Assembly (NCBI GenBank): GCA_000004985.1 | Contig: GG738970.1 | DNA: 43,883 nt | Direction: 5' to 3' (one strand) | From: Naegleria gruberi | Lineage: Eukaryota | In this document: piece after piece, positions 18,201-30,200 of the stretch | Layout of the letters: each line of letters begins with the position of its first letter | Position numbering within the stretch: the stretch's first letter is position 1 | Position numbers and translations under genes: made by a program | The notes under the pieces: generated by a model | Database searches by the model: none | What the model was told of the DNA's origin: nothing | What the model saw: the letters and a program-made list of their open reading frames with translations, nothing else

Positions 18201-21200
18201 NNNNNNNNNNNNNNNNNNNNNNNNNNNNNNNNNNNNNNNNNNNNNNNNNNNNNNNNNNNNNNNNNNNNNNNNNNNNNNNNNNNNNNNNNNNNNNNNNNNN
18301 NNNNNNNNNNNNNNNNNNNNNNNNNNNNNNNNNNNNNNNNNNNNNNNNNNNNNNNNNNNNNNNNNNNNNNNNNNNNNNNNNNNNNNNNNNNNNNNNNNNN
18401 NNNNNNNNNNNNNNNNNNNNNNNNNNNNNNNNNNNNNNNNNNNNNNNNNNNNNNNNNNNNNNNNNNNNNNNNNNNNNNNNNNNNNNNNNNNNNNNNNNNN
18501 NNNNNNNNNNNNNNNNNNNNNNNNNNNNNNNNNNNNNNNNNNNNNNNNNNNNNNNNNNNNNNNNNNNNNNNNNNNNNNNNNNNNNNNNNNNNNNNNNNNN
18601 NNNNNNNNNNNNNNNNNNNNNNNNNNNNNNNNNNNNNNNNNNNNNNNNNNNNNNNNNNNNNNNNNNNNNNNNNNNNNNNNNNNNNNNNNNNNNNNNNNNN
18701 NNNNNNNNNNNNNNNNNNNNNNNNNNNNNNNNNNNNNNNNNNNNNNNNNNNNNNNNNNNNNNNNNNNNNNNNNNNNNNNNNNNNNNNNNNNNNNNNNNNN
18801 NNNNNNNNNNNNNNNNNNNNNNNNNNNNNNNNNNNNNNNNNNNNNNNNNNNNNNNNNNNNNNNNNNNNNNNNNNNNNNNNNNNNNNNNNNNNNNNNNNNN
18901 NNNNNNNNNNNNNNNNNNNNNNNNNNNNNNNNNNNNNNNNNNNNNNNNNNNNNNNNNNNNNNNNNNNNNNNNNNNNNNNNNNNNNNNNNNNNNNNNNNNN
19001 NNNNNNNNNNNNNNNNNNNNNNNNNNNNNNNNNNNNNNNNNNNNNNNNNNNNNNNNNNNNNNNNNNNNNNNNNNNNNNNNNNNNNNNNNNNNNNNNNNNN
19101 NNNNNNNNNNNNNNNNNNNNNNNNNNNNNNNNNNNNNNNNNNNNNNNNNNNNNNNNNNNNNNNNNNNNNNNNNNNNNNNNNNNNNNNNNNNNNNNNNNNN
19201 NNNNNNNNNNNNNNNNNNNNNNNNNNNNNNNNNNNNNNNNNNNNNNNNNNNNNNNNNNNNNNNNNNNNNNNNNNNNNNNNNNNNNNNNNNNNNNNNNNNN
19301 NNNNNNNNNNNNNNNNNNNNNNNNNNNNNNNNNNNNNNNNNNNNNNNNNNNNNNNNNNNNNNNNNNNNNNNNNNNNNNNNNNNNNNNNNNNNNNNNNNNN
19401 NNNNNNNNNNNNNNNNNNNNNNNNNNNNNNNNNNNNNNNNNNNNNNNNNNNNNNNNNNNNNNNNNNNNNNNNNNNNNNNNNNNNNNNNNNNNNNNNNNNN
19501 NNNNNNNNNNNNNNNNNNNNNNNNNNNNNNNNNNNNNNNNNNNNNNNNNNNNNNNNNNNNNNNNNNNNNNNNNNNNNNNNNNNNNNNNNNNNNNNNNNNN
19601 NNNNNNNNNNNNNNNNNNNNNNNNNNNNNNNNNNNNNNNNNNNNNNNNNNNNNNNNNNNNNNNNNNNNNNNNNNNNNNNNNNNNNNNNNNNNNNNNNNNN
19701 NNNNNNNNNNNNNNNNNNNNNNNNNNNNNNNNNNNNNNNNNNNNNNNNNNNNNNNNNNNNNNNNNNNNNNNNNNNNNNNNNNNNNNNNNNNNNNNNNNNN
19801 NNNNNNNNNNNNNNNNNNNNNNNNNNNNNNNNNNNNNNNNNNNNNNNNNNNNNNNNNNNNNNNNNNNNNNNNNNNNNNNNNNNNNNNNNNNNNNNNNNNN
19901 NNNNNNNNNNNNNNNNNNNNNNNNNNNNNNNNNNNNNNNNNNNNNNNNNNNNNNNNNNNNNNNNNNNNNNNNNNNNNNNNNNNNNNNNNNNNNNNNNNNN
20001 NNNNNNNNNNNNNNNNNNNNNNNNNNNNNNNNNNNNNNNNNNNNNNNNNNNNNNNNNNNNNNNNNNNNNNNNNNNNNNNNNNNNNNNNNNNNNNNNNNNN
20101 NNNNNNNNNNNNNNNNNNNNNNNNNNNNNNNNNNNNNNNNNNNNNNNNNNNNNNNNNNNNNNNNNNNNNNNNNNNNNNNNNNNNNNNNNNNNNNNNNNNN
20201 NNNNNNNNNNNNNNNNNNNNNNNNNNNNNNNNNNNNNNNNNNNNNNNNNNNNNNNNNNNNNNNNNNNNNNNNNNNNNNNNNNNNNNNNNNNNNNNNNNNN
20301 NNNNNNNNNNNNNNNNNNNNNNNNNNNNNNNNNNNNNNNNNNNNNNNNNNNNNNNNNNNNNNNNNNNNNNNNNNNNNNNNNNNNNNNNNNNNNNNNNNNN
20401 NNNNNNNNNNNNNNNNNNNNNNNNNNNNNNNNNNNNNNNNNNNNNNNNNNNNNNNNNNNNNNNNNNNNNNNNNNNNNNNNNNNNNNNNNNNNNNNNNNNN
20501 NNNNNNNNNNNNNNNNNNNNNNNNNNNNNNNNNNNNNNNNNNNNNNNNNNNNNNNNNNNNNNNNNNNNNNNNNNNNNNNNNNNNNNNNNNNNNNNNNNNN
20601 NNNNNNNNNNNNNNNNNNNNNNNNNNNNNNNNNNNNNNNNNNNNNNNNNNNNNNNNNNNNNNNNNNNNNNNNNNNNNNNNNNNNNNNNNNNNNNNNNNNN
20701 NNNNNNNNNNNNNNNNNNNNNNNNNNNNNNNNNNNNNNNNNNNNNNNNNNNNNNNNNNNNNNNNNNNNNNNNNNNNNNNNNNNNNNNNNNNNNNNNNNNN
20801 NNNNNNNNNNNNNNNNNNNNNNNNNNNNNNNNNNNNNNNNNNNNNNNNNNNNNNNNNNNNNNNNNNNNNNNNNNNNNNNNNNNNNNNNNNNNNNNNNNNN
20901 NNNNNNNNNNNNNNNNNNNNNNNNNNNNNNNNNNNNNNNNNNNNNNNNNNNNNNNNNNNNNNNNNNNNNNNNNNNNNNNNNNNNNNNNNNNNNNNNNNNN
21001 NNNNNNNNNNNNNNNNNNNNNNNNNNNNNNNNNNNNNNNNNNNNNNNNNNNNNNNNNNNNNNNNNNNNNNNNNNNNNNNNNNNNNNNNNNNNNNNNNNNN
21101 NNNNNNNNNNNNNNNNNNNNNNNNNNNNNNNNNNNNNNNNNNNNNNNNNNNNNNNNNNNNNNNNNNNNNNNNNNNNNNNNNNNNNNNNNNNNNNNNNNNN

Positions 21201-24200
21201 NNNNNNNNNNNNNNNNNNNNNNNNNNNNNNNNNNNNNNNNNNNNNNNNNNNNNNNNNNNNNNNNNNNNNNNNNNNNNNNNNNNNNNNNNNNNNNNNNNNN
21301 NNNNNNNNNNNNNNNNNNNNNNNNNNNNNNNNNNNNNNNNNNNNNNNNNNNNNNNNNNNNNNNNNNNNNNNNNNNNNNNNNNNNNNNNNNNNNNNNNNNN
21401 NNNNNNNNNNNNNNNNNNNNNNNNNNNNNNNNNNNNNNNNNNNNNNNNNNNNNNNNNNNNNNNNNNNNNNNNNNNNNNNNNNNNNNNNNNNNNNNNNNNN
21501 NNNNNNNNNNNNNNNNNNNNNNNNNNNNNNNNNNNNNNNNNNNNNNNNNNNNNNNNNNNNNNNNNNNNNNNNNNNNNNNNNNNNNNNNNNNNNNNNNNNN
21601 NNNNNNNNNNNNNNNNNNNNNNNNNNNNNNNNNNNNNNNNNNNNNNNNNNNNNNNNNNNNNNNNNNNNNNNNNNNNNNNNNNNNNNNNNNNNNNNNNNNN
21701 NNNNNNNNNNNNNNNNNNNNNNNNNNNNNNNNNNNNNNNNNNNNNNNNNNNNNNNNNNNNNNNNNNNNNNNNNNNNNNNNNNNNNNNNNNNNNNNNNNNN
21801 NNNNNNNNNNNNNNNNNNNNNNNNNNNNNNNNNNNNNNNNNNNNNNNNNNNNNNNNNNNNNNNNNNNNNNNNNNNNNNNNNNNNNNNNNNNNNNNNNNNN
21901 NNNNNNNNNNNNNNNNNNNNNNNNNNNNNNNNNNNNNNNNNNNNNNNNNNNNNNNNNNNNNNNNNNNNNNNNNNNNNNNNNNNNNNNNNNNNNNNNNNNN
22001 NNNNNNNNNNNNNNNNNNNNNNNNNNNNNNNNNNNNNNNNNNNNNNNNNNNNNNNNNNNNNNNNNNNNNNNNNNNNNNNNNNNNNNNNNNNNNNNNNNNN
22101 NNNNNNNNNNNNNNNNNNNNNNNNNNNNNNNNNNNNNNNNNNNNNNNNNNNNNNNNNNNNNNNNNNNNNNNNNNNNNNNNNNNNNNNNNNNNNNNNNNNN
22201 NNNNNNNNNNNNNNNNNNNNNNNNNNNNNNNNNNNNNNNNNNNNNNNNNNNNNNNNNNNNNNNNNNNNNNNNNNNNNNNNNNNNNNNNNNNNNNNNNNNN
22301 NNNNNNNNNNNNNNNNNNNNNNNNNNNNNNNNNNNNNNNNNNNNNNNNNNNNNNNNNNNNNNNNNNNNNNNNNNNNNNNNNNNNNNNNNNNNNNNNNNNN
22401 NNNNNNNNNNNNNNNNNNNNNNNNNNNNNNNNNNNNNNNNNNNNNNNNNNNNNNNNNNNNNNNNNNNNNNNNNNNNNNNNNNNNNNNNNNNNNNNNNNNN
22501 NNNNNNNNNNNNNNNNNNNNNNNNNNNNNNNNNNNNNNNNNNNNNNNNNNNNNNNNNNNNNNNNNNNNNNNNNNNNNNNNNNNNNNNNNNNNNNNNNNNN
22601 NNNNNNNNNNNNNNNNNNNNNNNNNNNNNNNNNNNNNNNNNNNNNNNNNNNNNNNNNNNNNNNNNNNNNNNNNNNNNNNNNNNNNNNNNNNNNNNNNNNN
22701 NNNNNNNNNNNNNNNNNNNNNNNNNNNNNNNNNNNNNNNNNNNNNNNNNNNNNNNNNNNNNNNNNNNNNNNNNNNNNNNNNNNNNNNNNNNNNNNNNNNN
22801 NNNNNNNNNNNNNNNNNNNNNNNNNNNNNNNNNNNNNNNNNNNNNNNNNNNNNNNNNNNNNNNNNNNNNNNNNNNNNNNNNNNNNNNNNNNNNNNNNNNN
22901 NNNNNNNNNNNNNNNNNNNNNNNNNNNNNNNNNNNNNNNNNNNNNNNNNNNNNNNNNNNNNNNNNNNNNNNNNNNNNNNNNNNNNNNNNNNNNNNNNNNN
23001 NNNNNNNNNNNNNNNNNNNNNNNNNNNNNNNNNNNNNNNNNNNNNNNNNNNNNNNNNNNNNNNNNNNNNNNNNNNNNNNNNNNNNNNNNNNNNNNNNNNN
23101 NNNNNNNNNNNNNNNNNNNNNNNNNNNNNNNNNNNNNNNNNNNNNNNNNNNNNNNNNNNNNNNNNNNNNNNNNNNNNNNNNNNNNNNNNNNNNNNNNNNN
23201 NNNNNNNNNNNNNNNNNNNNNNNNNNNNNNNNNNNNNNNNNNNNNNNNNNNNNNNNNNNNNNNNNNNNNNNNNNNNNNNNNNNNNNNNNNNNNNNNNNNN
23301 NNNNNNNNNNNNNNNNNNNNNNNNNNNNNNNNNNNNNNNNNNNNNNNNNNNNNNNNNNNNNNNNNNNNNNNNNNNNNNNNNNNNNNNNNNNNNNNNNNNN
23401 NNNNNNNNNNNNNNNNNNNNNNNNNNNNNNNNNNNNNNNNNNNNNNNNNNNNNNNNNNNNNNNNNNNNNNNNNNNNNNNNNNNNNNNNNNNNNNNNNNNN
23501 NNNNNNNNNNNNNNNNNNNNNNNNNNNNNNNNNNNNNNNNNNNNNNNNNNNNNNNNNNNNNNNNNNNNNNNNNNNNNNNNNNNNNNNNNNNNNNNNNNNN
23601 NNNNNNNNNNNNNNNNNNNNNNNNNNNNNNNNNNNNNNNNNNNNNNNNNNNNNNNNNNNNNNNNNNNNNNNNNNNNNNNNNNNNNNNNNNNNNNNNNNNN
23701 NNNNNNNNNNNNNNNNNNNNNNNNNNNNNNNNNNNNNNNNNNNNNNNNNNNNNNNNNNNNNNNNNNNNNNNNNNNNNNNNNNNNNNNNNNNNNNNNNNNN
23801 NNNNNNNNNNNNNNNNNNNNNNNNNNNNNNNNNNNNNNNNNNNNNNNNNNNNNNNNNNNNNNNNNNNNNNNNNNNNNNNNNNNNNNNNNNNNNNNNNNNN
23901 NNNNNNNNNNNNNNNNNNNNNNNNNNNNNNNNNNNNNNNNNNNNNNNNNNNNNNNNNNNNNNNNNNNNNNNNNNNNNNNNNNNNNNNNNNNNNNNNNNNN
24001 NNNNNNNNNNNNNNNNNNNNNNNNNNNNNNNNNNNNNNNNNNNNNNNNNNNNNNNNNNNNNNNNNNNNNNNNNNNNNNNNNNNNNNNNNNNNNNNNNNNN
24101 NNNNNNNNNNNNNNNNNNNNNNNNNNNNNNNNNNNNNNNNNNNNNNNNNNNNNNNNNNNNNNNNNNNNNNNNNNNNNNNNNNNNNNNNNNNNNNNNNNNN

Positions 24201-27200
24201 NNNNNNNNNNNNNNNNNNNNNNNNNNNNNNNNNNNNNNNNNNNNNNNNNNNNNNNNNNNNNNNNNNNNNNNNNNNNNNNNNNNNNNNNNNNNNNNNNNNN
24301 NNNNNNNNNNNNNNNNNNNNNNNNNNNNNNNNNNNNNNNNNNNNNNNNNNNNNNNNNNNNNNNNNNNNNNNNNNNNNNNNNNNNNNNNNNNNNNNNNNNN
24401 NNNNNNNNNNNNNNNNNNNNNNNNNNNNNNNNNNNNNNNNNNNNNNNNNNNNNNNNNNNNNNNNNNNNNNNNNNNNNNNNNNNNNNNNNNNNNNNNNNNN
24501 NNNNNNNNNNNNNNNNNNNNNNNNNNNNNNNNNNNNNNNNNNNNNNNNNNNNNNNNNNNNNNNNNNNNNNNNNNNNNNNNNNNNNNNNNNNNNNNNNNNN
24601 NNNNNNNNNNNNNNNNNNNNNNNNNNNNNNNNNNNNNNNNNNNNNNNNNNNNNNNNNNNNNNNNNNNNNNNNNNNNNNNNNNNNNNNNNNNNNNNNNNNN
24701 NNNNNNNNNNNNNNNNNNNNNNNNNNNNNNNNNNNNNNNNNNNNNNNNNNNNNNNNNNNNNNNNNNNNNNNNNNNNNNNNNNNNNNNNNNNNNNNNNNNN
24801 NNNNNNNNNNNNNNNNNNNNNNNNNNNNNNNNNNNNNNNNNNNNNNNNNNNNNNNNNNNNNNNNNNNNNNNNNNNNNNNNNNNNNNNNNNNNNNNNNNNN
24901 NNNNNNNNNNNNNNNNNNNNNNNNNNNNNNNNNNNNNNNNNNNNNNNNNNNNNNNNNNNNNNNNNNNNNNNNNNNNNNNNNNNNNNNNNNNNNNNNNNNN
25001 NNNNNNNNNNNNNNNNNNNNNNNNNNNNNNNNNNNNNNNNNNNNNNNNNNNNNNNNNNNNNNNNNNNNNNNNNNNNNNNNNNNNNNNNNNNNNNNNNNNN
25101 NNNNNNNNNNNNNNNNNNNNNNNNNNNNNNNNNNNNNNNNNNNNNNNNNNNNNNNNNNNNNNNNNNNNNNNNNNNNNNNNNNNNNNNNNNNNNNNNNNNN
25201 NNNNNNNNNNNNNNNNNNNNNNNNNNNNNNNNNNNNNNNNNNNNNNNNNNNNNNNNNNNNNNNNNNNNNNNNNNNNNNNNNNNNNNNNNNNNNNNNNNNN
25301 NNNNNNNNNNNNNNNNNNNNNNNNNNNNNNNNNNNNNNNNNNNNNNNNNNNNNNNNNNNNNNNNNNNNNNNNNNNNNNNNNNNNNNNNNNNNNNNNNNNN
25401 NNNNNNNNNNNNNNNNNNNNNNNNNNNNNNNNNNNNNNNNNNNNNNNNNNNNNNNNNNNNNNNNNNNNNNNNNNNNNNNNNNNNNNNNNNNNNNNNNNNN
25501 NNNNNNNNNNNNNNNNNNNNNNNNNNNNNNNNNNNNNNNNNNNNNNNNNNNNNNNNNNNNNNNNNNNNNNNNNNNNNNNNNNNNNNNNNNNNNNNNNNNN
25601 NNNNNNNNNNNNNNNNNNNNNNNNNNNNNNNNNNNNNNNNNNNNNNNNNNNNNNNNNNNNNNNNNNNNNNNNNNNNNNNNNNNNNNNNNNNNNNNNNNNN
25701 NNNNNNNNNNNNNNNNNNNNNNNNNNNNNNNNNNNNNNNNNNNNNNNNNNNNNNNNNNNNNNNNNNNNNNNNNNNNNNNNNNNNNNNNNNNNNNNNNNNN
25801 NNNNNNNNNNNNNNNNNNNNNNNNNNNNNNNNNNNNNNNNNNNNNNNNNNNNNNNNNNNNNNNNNNNNNNNNNNNNNNNNNNNNNNNNNNNNNNNNNNNN
25901 NNNNNNNNNNNNNNNNNNNNNNNNNNNNNNNNNNNNNNNNNNNNNNNNNNNNNNNNNNNNNNNNNNNNNNNNNNNNNNNNNNNNNNNNNNNNNNNNNNNN
26001 NNNNNNNNNNNNNNNNNNNNNNNNNNNNNNNNNNNNNNNNNNNNNNNNNNNNNNNNNNNNNNNNNNNNNNNNNNNNNNNNNNNNNNNNNNNNNNNNNNNN
26101 NNNNNNNNNNNNNNNNNNNNNNNNNNNNNNNNNNNNNNNNNNNNNNNNNNNNNNNNNNNNNNNNNNNNNNNNNNNNNNNNNNNNNNNNNNNNNNNNNNNN
26201 NNNNNNNNNNNNNNNNNNNNNNNNNNNNNNNNNNNNNNNNNNNNNNNNNNNNNNNNNNNNNNNNNNNNNNNNNNNNNNNNNNNNNNNNNNNNNNNNNNNN
26301 NNNNNNNNNNNNNNNNNNNNNNNNNNNNNNNNNNNNNNNNNNNNNNNNNNNNNNNNNNNNNNNNNNNNNNNNNNNNNNNNNNNNNNNNNNNNNNNNNNNN
26401 NNNNNNNNNNNNNNNNNNNNNNNNNNNNNNNNNNNNNNNNNNNNNNNNNNNNNNNNNNNNNNNNNNNNNNNNNNNNNNNNNNNNNNNNNNNNNNNNNNNN
26501 NNNNNNNNNNNNNNNNNNNNNNNNNNNNNNNNNNNNNNNNNNNNNNNNNNNNNNNNNNNNNNNNNNNNNNNNNNNNNNNNNNNNNNNNNNNNNNNNNNNN
26601 NNNNNNNNNNNNNNNNNNNNNNNNNNNNNNNNNNNNNNNNNNNNNNNNNNNNNNNNNNNNNNNNNNNNNNNNNNNNNNNNNNNNNNNNNNNNNNNNNNNN
26701 NNNNNNNNNNNNNNNNNNNNNNNNNNNNNNNNNNNNNNNNNNNNNNNNNNNNNNNNNNNNNNNNNNNNNNNNNNNNNNNNNNNNNNNNNNNNNNNNNNNN
26801 NNNNNNNNNNNNNNNNNNNNNNNNNNNNNNNNNNNNNNNNNNNNNNNNNNNNNNNNNNNNNNNNNNNNNNNNNNNNNNNNNNNNNNNNNNNNNNNNNNNN
26901 NNNNNNNNNNNNNNNNNNNNNNNNNNNNNNNNNNNNNNNNNNNNNNNNNNNNNNNNNNNNNNNNNNNNNNNNNNNNNNNNNNNNNNNNNNNNNNNNNNNN
27001 NNNNNNNNNNNNNNNNNNNNNNNNNNNNNNNNNNNNNNNNNNNNNNNNNNNNNNNNNNNNNNNNNNNNNNNNNNNNNNNNNNNNNNNNNNNNNNNNNNNN
27101 NNNNNNNNNNNNNNNNNNNNNNNNNNNNNNNNNNNNNNNNNNNNNNNNNNNNNNNNNNNNNNNNNNNNNNNNNNNNNNNNNNNNNNNNNNNNNNNNNNNN

Positions 27201-30200
27201 NNNNNNNNNNNNNNNNNNNNNNNNNNNNNNNNNNNNNNNNNNNNNNNNNNNNNNNNNNNNNNNNNNNNNNNNNNNNNNNNNNNNNNNNNNNNNNNNNNNN
27301 NNNNNNNNNNNNNNNNNNNNNNNNNNNNNNNNNNNNNNNNNNNNNNNNNNNNNNNNNNNNNNNNNNNNNNNNNNNNNNNNNNNNNNNNNNNNNNNNNNNN
27401 NNNNNNNNNNNNNNNNNNNNNNNNNNNNNNNNNNNNNNNNNNNNNNNNNNNNNNNNNNNNNNNNNNNNNNNNNNNNNNNNNNNNNNNNNNNNNNNNNNNN
27501 NNNNNNNNNNNNNNNNNNNNNNNNNNNNNNNNNNNNNNNNNNNNNNNNNNNNNNNNNNNNNNNNNNNNNNNNNNNNNNNNNNNNNNNNNNNNNNNNNNNN
27601 NNNNNNNNNNNNNNNNNNNNNNNNNNNNNNNNNNNNNNNNNNNNNNNNNNNNNNNNNNNNNNNNNNNNNNNNNNNNNNNNNNNNNNNNNNNNNNNNNNNN
27701 NNNNNNNNNNNNNNNNNNNNNNNNNNNNNNNNNNNNNNNNNNNNNNNNNNNNNNNNNNNNNNNNNNNNNNNNNNNNNNNNNNNNNNNNNNNNNNNNNNNN
27801 NNNNNNNNNNNNNNNNNNNNNNNNNNNNNNNNNNNNNNNNNNNNNNNNNNNNNNNNNNNNNNNNNNNNNNNNNNNNNNNNNNNNNNNNNNNNNNNNNNNN
27901 NNNNNNNNNNNNNNNNNNNNNNNNNNNNNNNNNNNNNNNNNNNNNNNNNNNNNNNNNNNNNNNNNNNNNNNNNNNNNNNNNNNNNNNNNNNNNNNNNNNN
28001 NNNNNNNNNNNNNNNNNNNNNNNNNNNNNNNNNNNNNNNNNNNNNNNNNNNNNNNNNNNNNNNNNNNNNNNNNNNNNNNNNNNNNNNNNNNNNNNNNNNN
28101 NNNNNNNNNNNNNNNNNNNNNNNNNNNNNNNNNNNNNNNNNNNNNNNNNNNNNNNNNNNNNNNNNNNNNNNNNNNNNNNNNNNNNNNNNNNNNNNNNNNN
28201 NNNNNNNNNNNNNNNNNNNNNNNNNNNNNNNNNNNNNNNNNNNNNNNNNNNNNNNNNNNNNNNNNNNNNNNNNNNNNNNNNNNNNNNNNNNNNNNNNNNN
28301 NNNNNNNNNNNNNNNNNNNNNNNNNNNNNNNNNNNNNNNNNNNNNNNNNNNNNNNNNNNNNNNNNNNNNNNNNNNNNNNNNNNNNNNNNNNNNNNNNNNN
28401 NNNNNNNNNNNNNNNNNNNNNNNNNNNNNNNNNNNNNNNNNNNNNNNNNNNNNNNNNNNNNNNNNNNNNNNNNNNNNNNNNNNNNNNNNNNNNNNNNNNN
28501 NNNNNNNNNNNNNNNNNNNNNNNNNNNNNNNNNNNNNNNNNNNNNNNNNNNNNNNNNNNNNNNNNNNNNNNNNNNNNNNNNNNNNNNNNNNNNNNNNNNN
28601 NNNNNNNNNNNNNNNNNNNNNNNNNNNNNNNNNNNNNNNNNNNNNNNNNNNNNNNNNNNNNNNNNNNNNNNNNNNNNNNNNNNNNNNNNNNNNNNNNNNN
28701 NNNNNNNNNNNNNNNNNNNNNNNNNNNNNNNNNNNNNNNNNNNNNNNNNNNNNNNNNNNNNNNNNNNNNNNNNNNNNNNNNNNNNNNNNNNNNNNNNNNN
28801 NNNNNNNNNNNNNNNNNNNNNNNNNNNNNNNNNNNNNNNNNNNNNNNNNNNNNNNNNNNNNNNNNNNNNNNNNNNNNNNNNNNNNNNNNNNNNNNNNNNN
28901 NNNNNNNNNNNNNNNNNNNNNNNNNNNNNNNNNNNNNNNNNNNNNNNNNNNNNNNNNNNNNNNNNNNNNNNNNNNNNNNNNNNNNNNNNNNNNNNNNNNN
29001 NNNNNNNNNNNNNNNNNNNNNNNNNNNNNNNNNNNNNNNNNNNNNNNNNNNNNNNNNNNNNNNNNNNNNNNNNNNNNNNNNNNNNNNNNNNNNNNNNNNN
29101 NNNNNNNNNNNNNNNNNNNNNNNNNNNNNNNNNNNNNNNNNNNNNNNNNNNNNNNNNNNNNNNNNNNNNNNNNNNNNNNNNNNNNNNNNNNNNNNNNNNN
29201 NNNNNNNNNNNNNNNNNNNNNNNNNNNNNNNNNNNNNNNNNNNNNNNNNNNNNNNNNNNNNNNNNNNNNNNNNNNNNNNNNNNNNNNNNNNNNNNNNNNN
29301 NNNNNNNNNNNNNNNNNNNNNNNNNNNNNNNNNNNNNNNNNNNNNNNNNNNNNNNNNNNNNNNNNNNNNNNNNNNNNNNNNNNNNNNNNNNNNNNNNNNN
29401 NNNNNNNNNNNNNNNNNNNNNNNNNNNNNNNNNNNNNNNNNNNNNNNNNNNNNNNNNNNNNNNNNNNNNNNNNNNNNNNNNNNNNNNNNNNNNNNNNNNN
29501 NNNNNNNNNNNNNNNNNNNNNNNNNNNNNNNNNNNNNNNNNNNNNNNNNNNNNNNNNNNNNNNNNNNNNNNNNNNNNNNNNNNNNNNNNNNNNNNNNNNN
29601 NNNNNNNNNNNNNNNNNNNNNNNNNNNNNNNNNNNNNNNNNNNNNNNNNNNNNNNNNNNNNNNNNNNNNNNNNNNNNNNNNNNNNNNNNNNNNNNNNNNN
29701 NNNNNNNNNNNNNNNNNNNNNNNNNNNNNNNNNNNNNNNNNNNNNNNNNNNNNNNNNNNNNNNNNNNNNNNNNNNNNNNNNNNNNNNNNNNNNNNNNNNN
29801 NNNNNNNNNNNNNNNNNNNNNNNNNNNNNNNNNNNNNNNNNNNNNNNNNNNNNNNNNNNNNNNNNNNNNNNNNNNNNNNNNNNNNNNNNNNNNNNNNNNN
29901 NNNNNNNNNNNNNNNNNNNNNNNNNNNNNNNNNNNNNNNNNNNNNNNNNNNNNNNNNNNNNNNNNNNNNNNNNNNNNNNNNNNNNNNNNNNNNNNNNNNN
30001 NNNNNNNNNNNNNNNNNNNNNNNNNNNNNNNNNNNNNNNNNNNNNNNNNNNNNNNNNNNNNNNNNNNNNNNNNNNNNNNNNNNNNNNNNNNNNNNNNNNN
30101 NNNNNNNNNNNNNNNNNNNNNNNNNNNNNNNNNNNNNNNNNNNNNNNNNNNNNNNNNNNNNNNNNNNNNNNNNNNNNNNNNNNNNNNNNNNNNNNNNNNN